Positions 26,460 to 38,672 of a DNA stretch of 64,000 nucleotides are shown one piece after another (position 1 is the stretch's first letter; every line of letters starts with the position of its first letter). The DNA lies in NCBI RefSeq assembly GCF_006345805.1, contig NC_043011.1, forward strand, positions 51,100,464 through 51,164,463, given 5' to 3'. The position numbers were made by a program, and so were the translations under genes. The notes beneath the pieces were generated by a model. It saw nothing but the letters and a program-made list of their open reading frames with translations. It searched no databases and was not told where the DNA came from. This DNA is from Octopus sinensis. Its lineage: Eukaryota.

Positions 26460-26755
26460 GAAGACCTTTTCAAAGTTTTTTTCATTTTCCAGATAATATT
26501 CGTTAAACTTGTTGCCACTCATATCCTGTTGTTTCTCCCCTTATTCATTTTGTTAATCTTCAGCATTCTCCTTTCCATGGCTCTTTGTATTGATCTTAGT
26601 TTATTTCCAATGCTCTAGTTGGTAGTCCATGTTTCTGATGTGTAGATAATGGTAGGCAGCACGCACTGGTTGAAGACCTTACTTTTTTAGATACAAGGGC
26701 AAATTACTGCTCATGATGCGATTCGATTTACCAAAGGCTGCCCATATGATCTCCA
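26460..26755 (-). mobile_element. Old RTE-type LINE fragment
   Basis: WAAFGK...LKSKVFNQCVLPTIIYTSETW...QRAMERRML. Confidence 0.75.
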
Positions 26756-26788
26756 CATGTATACAAGGTTCCAATTGTTGGTTTTCAG

Positions 26789-26930
26789 GTTATAAATGGT
26801 CAAGTGAACCTAACGCTAGGAGTTGACCAAGTGATTACACTGACCACAGTCAAACATGACCAGCCACAACCATATGGTAATGTTCCACCATCAGCTCCAT
26901 TTCCTACTATGTATGCAGAAGATTTTGAAG
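26789..26930 (+). CDS. GALC: GALC exon (142 nt)
   Basis: tttcag/gtgagt; VINGQVNLTLGVDQVITLTTVKH...PPSAPFPTMYAEDFE; phase 0/1. Confidence 0.93.
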
Positions 26931-27658
26931 GTGAGTATTTGCTGTGCTTTTGTGCTCTGACACACACAGGCATGCCTACACACATATACATATGCATGCG
27001 TACGTAGTTGCAAGTAAGGCTGTGTAGTTAGGAAGTTTGCTTTTCAGCTACATGGTTTCAGGTTCAGTCCCACTGTGTGGCATTTTGAACATGTGTAGTA
27101 CATTGAACATGTGTAACACCTTGGGGTGGGGGTGGGGGCAATGTGGCTGAACCAAAGGTCTGTGAATTGATTTGGTTGATGGAAACTGAAAGATGCCAAG
27201 CCTCAAACCAGACAAAGCCATGTGAGTGGATTTGGTAAACAAAAGCTGAAAGAAGCCTGTCATATATATATTCTTTTACTTGTTTCAGTCATTTGACTGT
27301 GGCCATGCTGGAGCACTGCCTTTATTCAAACAAATTGACCCCAAGACTTATTCTTTATAAGCCTAGTACTTATTCTGTCGGTCTCTTTTGCTGAACCATT
27401 AAGTTACTGGGACGTAAACACACCAACATCGGTTGTCAGGTGATGGTGGAAGGACAAACATAGATACACAAATACCTATCTACACACACACACACATACA
27501 ATGGGCTTTCAGTATCTGTCCACCAAATCTGCTCACAAGGCTTTGGTCGGCCTGAAGCTACAGCAGAAGACACTTGCCCAAGGTGTGACACAGTGGGACT
27601 GAACGCAGAACCATGTGGTTGGGAAGCAAGCTTCTTACCACACAGCCACTCCTGCACC

Positions 27659-27692
<34 letters not shown>

Positions 27693-28191
27693 AATATAAG
27701 AGAGTTACCGCTAAGTGGTTAACTCTAGTGCTAAAAATAGCTCCTTATTCTGGTATAGCCACCGAAGTTGTTTCCTCATTTATGAATATATATATATATA
27801 TATATATATATCATCATCATCATTTAGCATCTGTCTTCCATGCATGTGTGTGTGTCTTTGTGTCTGTATTAGTCCCTTTTCCCACTACTTGACAACAGGT
27901 GTTGGTGCGTTTATGTCCCCGTAACTTAATGGTTCAGCTAATAAGTCTGATAGAATAAGTACAAGGCTTAAAAAAATAAAAAGTACTGGGATTGATTCAT
28001 TCAACTAAAAATTCCTCAAGGTGGTGCCTCAGCATAGCCGCAGTCTAATGACTGAAACAAGTAAAAGATAAAAGATGTGTGTGTGTGTGTGTGTGTGTGT
28101 GCATATGTACATGTGTGTGTGTGTGTTTGTGTGTTTATGCCTCTTGTTCTTGATGTTATGTGATTAGTTGTACTAAGTGTCATCGTCATGT

Positions 28192-28568
28192 GGAGGCGCA
28201 ATGGCCCAGTGGTTAGGGCAGCGGACTCGCGGTCGTAGGATCGCGGTTTCGATTCCCAGACTGGGCGTTGTGTTGTTTATTGAGCGAAAACACTTAAAGC
28301 TCCACGAGGCTCTGGCAGGGATGGTGGTGATCCCTGCTGTACTCTTTGACCACAACTTTCTCTCATTCTTACTTCCTGTTTCTGCTGTACCTGTATTTCA
28401 AAGGGCCGGCCTTGTCACTCTCTGTGTCACGCTGAATATCCCCGAGGACTACGTTAAGGGTACACGTGTCTGTGGAGTGCTCAGCCACTTACACGTTAAT
28501 TTCACGAGCAGGCTGTTCCGTTGATCGGATCAACCGGAACCCTCATCGTCGTAACCGACGGAGTGCTT
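28192..28568 (+). mobile_element. SINE, head family A (second tail type)
   Basis: Nearly identical to 54441-54776. Confidence 0.82.
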
Positions 28569-28919
28569 CCCCCCTCTGTCATCGTCATATAAGTGGTGTT
28601 ATTCATTTCCCTTGAAAAGCATGTCCAGTCATGGGAAAATATTATGTTGCTTGGAAACAGGCAAGGGTTAACATGAAGCAGGACATTCAGCTGTAGAAAA
28701 TCTGCCTCAATGAGTTCTGTCTGACACATGCATGCATAAAAAAGTGGATGTTAAAATGACGATGACTATAACAACATTTACTTACACACATACACCTGCA
28801 CTTACTTGCACATATACATACACACATACCCACATGTACACAGACACACATATGCACAGATGTATACGCACACATGCACATACACACTCGTATATGCCTG
28901 AACACACACACACACATTC

Positions 28920-29170
28920 TGTGGAAGCACGTGGCTTAGTGGTTAGGGTGTGGATCTCATGATCGTAAGGTTGTGGTTTCGATTTCTGGATCGGGCGATG
29001 CGTTGTGTTCTTGAGCAAAACACTTCATTTTCATGTTGCTCCAGTCTACTCAGCTGGCAAAAATGAGTAATCCTGCGACAGACCGGCGTCCCATCCAGGT
29101 GGGGAATTTCTACGCCACTGAAACTGGGAAACCGGCCCTTATGAGCCTGGCATGGCTCGAGAAGGAACAT
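28920..29170 (+). mobile_element. SINE, head family C
   Basis: Head as at 51050-51285(-); tail as at 50724-50825(-). Confidence 0.78.
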
Positions 29171-29272
29171 TCTGAATTCAAACCCCACTGAAGTTAACTT
29201 TGCTTTTCATCCTTCTGGGCCTTGAATATTATTTTTTACTGACCATTTCAAATGTATCTATTCTTTCTGTAG

Positions 29273-29453
29273 GATATCCTCTTTATGCTGAACCTTATAA
29301 TTTTGCCCAACAAACCGGGTCTTTTGAGGTAGTCCAAGTGGGTGAGCCATACAACAAAGTGATGCGTCAAATGGTACTGGAAACACCTGTGGCTTGGTGT
29401 TTGGCTGATTATGGCAATACTTCTATAACAGTGATTGGTAACAGTTCTGCTTG
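29273..29453 (+). CDS. GALC: GALC exon (181 nt), lectin domain
   Basis: ctgtag/gtaaga; YPLYAEPYNFAQQTGSFEV...MRQMVLETPVAWC...ITVIGNSSA(W); phase 1/2. Confidence 0.95.
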
Positions 29454-29750
29454 GTAAGATAATCCTTTACTCAATGTTACTATTGTGATTATTTAAAAGA
29501 GCCAATGGCTATGAGTTGGAAGAGCATTAAAAAAAAAATCATGTTAATTTGTCTGGTTCTCTAGGTTTCAAGTTCAAATCCTGCTGAGTTCAACTTTGCA
29601 TTCATCTCTCTGGAGACAATAAAATAAAGTACCAGTCAAATATTGGGGTTGATGTTGTTGACTTCTGTCAAAATTTCAGGTCTTGTGCCATAAATAGAAA
29701 GAATTAGTAGCATTTTGTTCTGAGTTATGGATATTTATCTTCTGAATTAA

Positions 29751-29971
29751 CCCTTTTGTTACTGTATTTTTTTTTAGATGCTCTGTGTTTTTTTCAATTA
29801 CTTTAAATATAACAAAGAATTTAGTAAAATAACTTAGTTATCATTCAGCTAGTGTTAGGAACCATAAATTGTGACTAAGGTTTGGTGGAAGATTTTAATT
29901 CAAAACTTATGTAAACAAGACATTTGTACTCAGAGCCAGAGCTGGTTTCAGCCGGGTTGGTAACGAAAGGG
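29751..29971. mobile_element. piggyBac-like MITE
   Basis: TTAA-CCCTTTTGTTAC...GTAACGAAAGGG-TTAA; opposite-orientation copy at ~2938-3152. Confidence 0.85.
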
Positions 29972-30228
29972 TTAAAAAGAATCCCGGTGAAGTTAAATGT
30001 ACCTTTTACCCTTCTGAGGTTGATAAAGTAAAGTGCCAGTCAGGTCTCTATTCCCTTCTCGTTCCTTGCCTAATTTAAGGTCTTATACATTTTCTAGAAA
30101 TCTTTATCAAGAAGGCCCAGTTTGGGTTGATTTTTGCCTTTCATCATTCTGGGGGTGATGAAAGCCTTTTGAGTGGATTAGGTAGACAGAAACTGAAAGA
30201 AGTGTGTGTGTGTGTGTGTGTGTGTGTG

Positions 30229-30261
<33 letters not shown>

Positions 30262-30773
30262 TGTCTGTGTTTGTCTCCCACTACTGCTCGACAATCAGTG
30301 TTGGTGTGTTTACATCTCCATAACTTAGTGGTTTGGCAAAAGATGTCAATAGAATAAGTACTGGGTTAAAAAAAAGTCCTGGGGTTGATTTGTTTGACTA
30401 AAACCCTTTAAGGCAATGTCCCAGCATGCCACAGTCATGATAAAATAAGTTAAATACCGAGGGAAAGGAAAGTTAATCAACTATCTTGTATATGAAATAT
30501 TACTAGGAAAGGCAGTAAGTGGTTGAGCTTTAGACAAAATGCTCTGCAGATTTAGTTGTAGCCTGTATTTACACTCTGAATTCAAATCCCACCAGAACTA
30601 AGATTGCCTTTCCACCCATCCAGGGTCAATAAAATCAGTAGCAGTCAAGAATTGTATTTTATCTTTTTATTTGTAACCTTTTCTAAAGGAGCTTCATTCA
30701 TGTGCTATCATGAAAAAAAAAAAAGAAGAAAAATCATTGATTTTCTTTTCTGTTCGATATTTTTTCTCCTCAG

Positions 30774-30943
30774 GATCGACACCTACGTGGAGGTAAAAGC
30801 ACGTATTGGAGAAGTGAACGGCAGCAAGGAGGTTTTTATTGCTTCACGTGTCAGCCAAGGAGGTTGTTCCACATTGTCATCTCGTGGAGTCTTTTTGTTC
30901 GTTGATCCTATAAGCAAGACCTATCATTTGTATGGAGATATAG
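30774..30943 (+). CDS. GALC: GALC exon (170 nt), lectin domain
   Basis: cctcag/gtgtgt; IDTYVEVKARIG...VFIASRVSQGGC...SRGVFLFVD...YHLYGDI; phase 2/1. Confidence 0.93.
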
Positions 30944-31335
30944 GTGTGTATTTTTCCCACTTCAAAAACATTCCCATATTGATCTTCTTAACACTGCCAT
31001 TGGTTCTTATGATATAAAGCTGCTTGTTTTAAGTATCTATGTTTAAATTAAAATATTTTGATTGTAATTGTTTCTAATAATCAACCTTTTGTCAGGTTGT
31101 GGTATGAGCACCAATTTAACTGAAAAAGAAAAACCCCATTATTTTGATAACCCTATAAGTCACACAAAATGGAATTCTTTTTATGTTAAAAAAACCCTCA
31201 ACTTCTAAAACCATCAATAACTTGCTTGTGATCATTGCACAACAGTAGAAAACAATCTTTGACATTATCCTTGATTAGTAAACATAACGACAAAAGTTTA
31301 TGTTAAACCTGTTGCAAAAACCATATCAATAAATA

Positions 31336-31377
<42 letters not shown>

Positions 31378-32219
31378 CTATTATATAAAATCCGTTCTGT
31401 CTGTGTGTGTGTGTGTGTCTTTTAGGATCTCGGGCATCCTCCATCCGATTGTGCTCAAATTTGATATGTAGATACCGACAGTATCAGGGCATGTATAAGT
31501 CTTGAAAAAATTACAAAAATCGATTCCAGGTGAGAATGCGATCGATAAAGCCGTGGGAACGTGCATTTGTACGCGCAAGTACATCAGGCGAAATCCGTCT
31601 TTTTCTAGTGTCTCAAATTTAGGTTAAATCAGTGTTTCTCCAGGGACAGTCGGACAAGTTGTTTTGACAAAATTTGGTTTAAATGTTTGACAACTCAGTA
31701 CCGTCCATTGGACGGGGTCGTTTTGCTCGTATATATATATATATCATCATCATCATCATCATCATCATCATTTAGCGTCCGTTCTCCATGCTAGCATGGG
31801 TTGGACGGTTCAACTGGGATTTGTGAAGCTGGAAGGCTTCATCAGGCCCAGTCAGATCTGGCAGTGTTTCTATGGCTGGATGCCCTTCCTAACGCCAACC
31901 ACGCCGTGAGTGTAGTGGGTGCTTTTTACGTGCCACCCGCACAGGTGCCAGACAGAAAGTGATTGTTTCTTATCAGGAACAAAATGTTTAATAGGACTGC
32001 TATAGAAGTGCTCAAGTAAATGAGACAAATATAGTCAACTTTAGTTGCAGAACATAAAGATCACTTTTTTATGTAAACATTGAAGTTGTAATTTTCAAGT
32101 TTTTTTCCTATTTATTGTGGATACAGCAAAAATATCGTTGAAGTATAAGTTGCATAGACATAGTTATTTCTTAATCTCTTTCCTCCATTTGTATCAGATT
32201 TTTCATATTTATATTCTAG

Positions 32220-32296
32220 CTAAAACTAAGGCTTATCTGAATGGTACAATTTCTGAAACAGAACCTGATTGGAACAAAATTGGTTTATACACGAAG
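32220..32296 (+). CDS. GALC: GALC exon (77 nt)
   Basis: ttctag/gtaaaa; (A)KTKAYLNGTISETEPDWNKIGLYTK; phase 1/0 matches both neighbours. Confidence 0.87.
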
Positions 32297-32310
32297 GTAA
32301 AAAAGTTTTC

Positions 32311-32518
32311 TGAGTTATTTCTCTTCCTTTCTTTGATAAAAGTTTCCATTACTGCTAATTGTTTTCCTTCACATTACAGGTGTAACTTTAATTGATTAAA
32401 TATTATTATTAACATGAGTTATTTCTCTTCCTTTCTTTGATAAAAGTTTCCATTACTGCTAATTGTTTTCCTTCTCATTGCAGGTGTAACTTTAATTGAT
32501 TAAATATTATTATTAACA
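32311..32518. repeat. 104-bp tandem duplication in the last GALC intron
   Basis: 32311-32414 and 32415-32518 are almost identical. Confidence 0.9.
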
Positions 32519-33617
32519 TTAATATATAGTAGCGCATCCTTAATTATCCTTTCTACGATAAGCACAAAGCCTGAAAGTTTTGTGTGGGAGAGGCTAGTTG
32601 ACTATGTCAACCCTAGTGTGCATCAACCTCGAAAGGATGAAAGGCAAAATTGCTCTCAACAGGATTTGAACTTAGAATGTTAAACCAGAAGAAATGCTGC
32701 TAAGCATTTTGTCCAACCTGCTAATGATTCTGCCAGCTTGCCAACTTATAATAATAATGGTTTCAAATTTAGGCACAGGGCAATAATTTTGAATAGAGGG
32801 GAAGTTGATTACACTGATCCAGGTACTTGACTGATACTTATTTTACTGACCAAGAAAGGATGAAAAGTAAAGTTTACCACAGTGGAATTTTAAGTCAGAA
32901 TGTAAAGAGCTAAATGAAATGCCATTAAGCAATTTGTCTGACATGCTAATGCTTCTGCCAGCTTACCACCTTAGCCTACATTTAATTATATAAGATTAAT
33001 TTCTGTTTACCGAAAGTTCCAGTCCACATTTTACTAATACCATACCGACCCTATCTGTCTTCAAACGTCAGTCTGTCTAAGTTTGGAAGACAAATTAAAA
33101 ATTAAAAAAATAAAGAGGTTAATTTCTCAGAAATGCCATCTGTATGAAAAACTATAGTTGAATTTTGTTGTGTTTGGGGACACACGAATTCACGTAAAGA
33201 ATCTTGCGAACCAAATACAAAAATTATATAGTTAAGTTAGTATCAACATATTTAATGTATTAACCATTGGAAATTTAATTAAAAATAGTTATGCAGTGAG
33301 AGATAGACAATATTAGTCCAAAGATTGATATTACTTAAATCATCAAGGTAAGTATGGGAGACAATTGTGGAAATTTTTGATCTCAGTGAAGGATTAACTT
33401 CACTACTGAAGTTGTGTGTGACAAATCACTTTAATTCTGTAAAAACTTAACAGAATCTCAATAGACACAGTATATATATGTATATATCTATATCTGTACC
33501 TACCTACATACAAGATTTATGTATGTATTTAAAATATTTTCTTTATCTTGTTTAAATTTTAAATTTTAGTCATCTTATCATTTTAATCAAAATAATTTCT
33601 TGTCATTGTTCTTTTAG

Positions 33618-33764
33618 GGTGGCATTGTAATTGGACTTCTTAATGAGAAAATCATATTTAGTACACTTGTTGAGGACATCTACCAAAAACCTGGTTTTGT
33701 AGGTCTTGGAACTTATCCTTATGGCATTGCTGATTTTGACATGTTCTTTGTTGAAGAAATTTGA
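33618..33764 (+). CDS. GALC: GALC terminal coding exon
   Basis: ttttag acceptor; GGIVIGLLNEK...PGFVGLGTYPYGIADFDMFFVEEI-TGA resembles the GALC C-terminus NGWAAIGT...AQFDNF. Confidence 0.93.
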   Translation, partial: GGIVIGLLNEKIIFSTLVEDIYQKPGFVGLGTYPYGIADFDMFFVEEI

Positions 33765-33775
33765 ATTGATGTGAT

Positions 33776-33781
33776 AATAAA
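33776..33781 (+). terminator. Candidate GALC polyadenylation signal
   Basis: AATAAA 11 nt after the stop; more AATAAA occur in an AT-rich tandem repeat at ~33815-33985. Confidence 0.45.
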
Positions 33782-35876
33782 GAAAGAAAACATTTATTTT
33801 TGAAAGGAAGTTTTTAATAAAATCATTTTTTATATGAAAATATATATACTTAATATATATATCTAATAAAATCATTTTTATATAAAAATATATATGCACT
33901 TGATATATGTATATGATGAAATCATTTTTTATATAAAAATATATGTATTTAATAAAATCAATTTTTATATAAAAATATATATATCTGTTTTACTTGTTTC
34001 AGCCATTTGACAGTAGCTATGCTGGAGCACCACCTTTAGTTGAACAAATCGATCACAGGACTTATTCTTTGTAAGATTAGTACTTATTCTGTCAGTCTCT
34101 TTTGCCGAACCGTTAAGTCATGGGGATGCAACCACACCAACATCAGTTCTCAAGCGATGGTGGGGGGACAAACACACAAACACAAATACATACATACATA
34201 CATACATATATATATATAATTCTGGCGTTTGCTAAATTTTGTTGAGAACATTCCTTTCTTAGTGGTAAGACCATAGTGGATCTACTTCTAGCATAATGGA
34301 TCCCTCTTATATGTATGTAATATAATTTTTCTGAATCTTCAGATTTTAATATGCTGGACCACTGGTTTTAAATTGATATTAATCAAATTAATATTCAATT
34401 TTTTACACTTATTATTTTAAATTTATATCATCATCATCATCATCGTTTAGCATCCGCTTTCCATGCTAGCATGGGTTGGATGGTTCAACTGGGGTCTGGG
34501 AAGCCAGAAGGCTGCACCAGGCACAGTCTGATCTGGCAATGTTTCTACGGCTGGATGCCCTTCCTAATGCCAACCACTCCGTGAGTGTAGTGGGTGCTTT
34601 TTACGTGTCACCGGCACAGGTGCCAGACGAGGCTGACAAACAGCTATGATCGGATGGTGCTTTTTACGTGCCACCGGCACGAGGCCAGTCGGGGCGGCGC
34701 TGGCAATGGCCACGATCGGATGGTTCTCTTACGTATCACTGGCACTGGTATCACAGCTGCAATTTCCATTGATGTTGATCGATTTCGATTTCGATTTTCA
34801 CTTGCCTCAACAGGTCTTCACAAGTAGAGTTTTCTTTCTCAAGAAGGAAAGGTATGCATAAGTGGACTGGCTACATCTCATGTAGAGGCCATGGGTTATG
34901 GTCTCACTTGTCCTGCTGGGTCTTCTCATGCACAGCATACTTCCAAAGGTCTCGGTCTCTAGTCATTTATATATATATACTATATTATATATTTATATAT
35001 ATATATATTCATATATATAATATTATATATATATATATATTCATATATATATATATTTATATATATATATATTCATATATATATATATTTATATATATAT
35101 ATATTCATATATATATATATATGATAGGCTTCTTTTAGTTTCTGTCTACCAAATCTACTCACAAGGCTTTGGTTGGCCCAAGTCTATAGTAGAAGACACT
35201 TGCCCAAGGTGCCATGCAGTGGACTGAACCCGGAACCATGTAGTTAGGAAGCAAGCTTCTTACCACACAGCCACTCCTGCACCTGTATATATATATTTAA
35301 TAAAATCATTTTTTATATAAAAAAACATAGATTTGCCCATCATGTCTGTGTGTATATATATATATACACACACACACATATTTATATGTATGTATTTGTA
35401 TGTCTGTGTTTGTCCTCCCACCATCACTTGGCAACTGATGTTGGTGTGTTTACGTCCCCACAGTCAAATGACTGAAACAAGTAAAAGAATAAAAGAAAAT
35501 ACTTAATATATGTATATATATATTTGATAAAACCATTTTTTTATATAAAAATTTATATATATATACCATATTTCCTAGCCGACAAGTTAAATTTTCAGAC
35601 AATTTATATACCAAGACAGGCTTGGATGACTAAAAATTCTATATGAAATGCAGTAAGTTTTGGCAAGATAATGGTATTGTTTGAATGTTTACATTATATA
35701 TTTACATTATATACTACATTAACTTGTTCACAGAAAAATGTAGTATTAATGAAATATATAAAATATATACTTATTTTTTTACCATGTAATTATTTATACT
35801 AATAATCATCATACATACATACACATATACGTACATATGTATGTATATGTACATATATACGTATGTGCATGTATAT

Positions 35877-36420
35877 ATCCGATCGTTGCCGTTGCCAGCA
35901 CCGCCCTGACTGGCCTCCGTGCCGGTGACACGTAAAAAGCACCATCCGTTCGTGGCCATTGCCAGCCTTGCCTGGCCCCCGTGCCGGTGGCACGTAAAAA
36001 GCACCATCCGTTCGTGACCGTTGCTAGCTTCGCCTGGCCCCCGTGCCGGTGGCACGTAAAAAACACCATCCGTTCATGGCCGTTGCCAGCACCGCCCCGA
36101 CTGGCCTCCATGCTGGTGGCACGTAAAAAGCACCATCCGTTCGTGTCTGTTGCCAGCCTCGCCTGGCCCCGTGCCGGTGGCACGTAAAAGCACCATCTGT
36201 TTGTGGCCGTTTGCCAGCTCCGTCTGGCTCCTGTACGGGTGGCACGTAAAAAGCACCCACTACACTCGCGGAGTGGTTGGCGTTAGGAAGGGCATCCAGC
36301 CGTAGAAACACTGCCAGATCAGACTGGGCCTGATGCGGCCTTCTGGCTTCACAGACCCCAGTTGAACCATCCAACCCATGCTAGCATGAAAAACGGACGC
36401 TAAATAATGATGATGATGAT
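35877..36420 (+). mobile_element. RTE 3' UTR copy with six ~61-67-bp internal repeats
   Basis: cacgtaaaa core at ~35930, 35991, 36053, 36120, 36181, 36243. Confidence 0.85.
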
Positions 36421-36959
36421 ATATATAAATGGATTAATGACTTATCTTTTGTTTACAGTCAACATGGAAAATTCAATAAGCAGTTACCAGGGTAGCAACA
36501 TTCACGCAAGTAACAAGGATGTAGCGACCTATTCAAAGTTAGAAACTCCGGGTTAACGACCTTGCTTGAATCTTTTTACACATGTCACCGGCACAGGTGC
36601 CAGTAAGGCGATGCTGGTAATGATAAATATATTGTAATTAAAAAAAGATGCGGTAAAAAGGAAGAACAGAAATTAGCTGTGGCATTATTACTGTTTTGAT
36701 GTGTGTGTGTGTGTGTGCCTGTGTGTGTGTACATTTGTTTTAATGTGAGGTTATATATAAAAAACAATTTTACATGAAACCGAAAGATCACACAATACTT
36801 TTAAATAGAGTACATGCACATATGTTAAATGAATAAGGCCAGCATGGCTGTGTAGCTCAAGTGCAGGAGAACTGAACCACATATAGTCAATAAGTGTAAA
36901 TTTGACAACAACCATTCGCAGACCCATAAAAAATAAACCTCCACTAACTACACTGCCTA

Positions 36960-37215
36960 TATATCTGTGCACACCTTTCAATGTTGTATATGCCATAAAG
37001 TCTGCAAATTTAATGGAGATCTCAAAAGACATTTTAAGATCCACAAAAATCAGAACTTAATTCCAGGTCTTGGTGGTCCAAAACAGATACGCAATCTATG
37101 TAGGTGCCTTTTCAAGACATTGTCTGGTTTAAAATGTCACATCAGACACCATGATGATCTGTGGTGTAAGTACAAGAGGCTGTCGGACTCTGCGTAAGGA
37201 GTAGACAACCACCAT
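36960..37215 (+). mobile_element. Degenerate double C2H2 finger, probably a LINE ORF2 C-terminus
   Basis: FQCCICHKVCKFNGDLKRHFKIH and [19 protein letters not shown], then a short UTR and microsatellite tail; no TGEKP linker. Confidence 0.6.
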
Positions 37216-37339
37216 GTGTGTGTGGGTGTGTGTGTATATATATCTATATATGTATATATGTATATATGTATATATAATGTATATATATATATATATATAT
37301 ATGCATATATATGTATATATATATATATGTATATATGTG

Positions 37340-37378
<39 letters not shown>

Positions 37379-37381
37379 TTG

Positions 37382-37416
<35 letters not shown>

Positions 37417-37441
37417 GTATATATATATATGTATATATGTG

Positions 37442-37472
<31 letters not shown>

Positions 37473-38010
37473 GTATATTTATATATATGTATAATATATA
37501 TATATTATATATATATATATATATATTGTATATATATATATATATATATTATGTATATATATGTATGTATATATGTATATATATATGTATATATATATGT
37601 ATATATATATGTATATATATTATATATATATGTATATATATGTATATATATGTATAATATATGTATATATAGTATATATATATATATATGTATATATGTA
37701 TATGTATATATATATGTATATGTATATGTATATATATATGTATATATGTATATGTATATATATATGTATATATGTATATGTATATATGTATATGTATATA
37801 TATATGTATATATGTATATGTATATATATATGTATATATGTATATGTATATATATATGTATATATGTATATGTATATATATATGTATATATGTATATGTA
37901 TATGTATATATGTTTATATATATGTATATGTATATATATATGTATATATGTATATATATGTGTATGTATATATGTATGTATGTATATGTGTATATATATG
38001 TATATATATT

Positions 38011-38048
<38 letters not shown>

Positions 38049-38050
38049 GT
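37214..38050. repeat. (TA)n/(TATATG)n microsatellite
   Basis: Direct inspection. Confidence 0.95.
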
Positions 38051-38135
38051 CAATGGAATATATATCTGAAAAAGAGCACACTCTAAACATTAGAACAATA
38101 ATGTATCTCCAGGAAGTTACTTACATGGCTGATCA

Positions 38136-38199
38136 TAGAGTGACCAATGGTTTCGCATCCATAAAGTGTTTAGTCTTATAGCTGACTCATCAGGCTCCA
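38136..38199 (-). ncRNA. Minimal type I hammerhead ribozyme-like motif
   Basis: Minus strand tggagc-CTGATGA-g...c-GAAAC-cattg-GTC-actcta; core intact, stems I and II imperfect. Confidence 0.5.
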
Positions 38200-38386
38200 A
38201 TGGCTGTAGACATATCTATATATAATAGTGGTTGGCGTTAGGAAGGGCATCCAGCCATAGAAACATTGTCAGATCAAACTGGGCCTGGTGCAGCCTTCTG
38301 GCTTCCCAGACCCCAGTTGAACCGTCCAACCCATGCTAGCATGGAAAGCGGACGCTAAATGATGATGATGATGATGATGATATATA

Positions 38387-38672
38387 TAGAGGGTGTTTCA
38401 AAAAGAATGACCCAATTTTAAACAGCCATATTTATCAAAGAATATGCTTTACACAAATGAAACAGTACAAAATACTCACAAAATCCTAAAGTTTCAGAAA
38501 CATTATTACAAATGTTCCATGTGCCCTCTACCAGCCACATGGATGACATCAAGATGATAGCAAAATGCATGAACACTTTGCAAGGTGTCTTCGTTGGTTG
38601 AAGCAAATGCTGTTGCCATCCAGTTTTTAAGCTCCTCAAGATCATGAGCTAAAGGAGGAACAAGAACATGTC
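38387..38672 (-). mobile_element. Tc1/mariner transposase C-terminus and TIR
   Basis: HVLVPPLAHDLEELKN...YHLDVIHVAGRGHMEHL-stop; end ta-gagggtgtttcaaaaagaatgaccc. Confidence 0.7.

Noticed and set aside
36967-37197. Member of the cephalopod C2H2 zinc-finger gene expansion
   Set aside because: Only two degenerate fingers, no TGEKP linker or clear splice sites, microsatellite tail; better explained as a LINE end.
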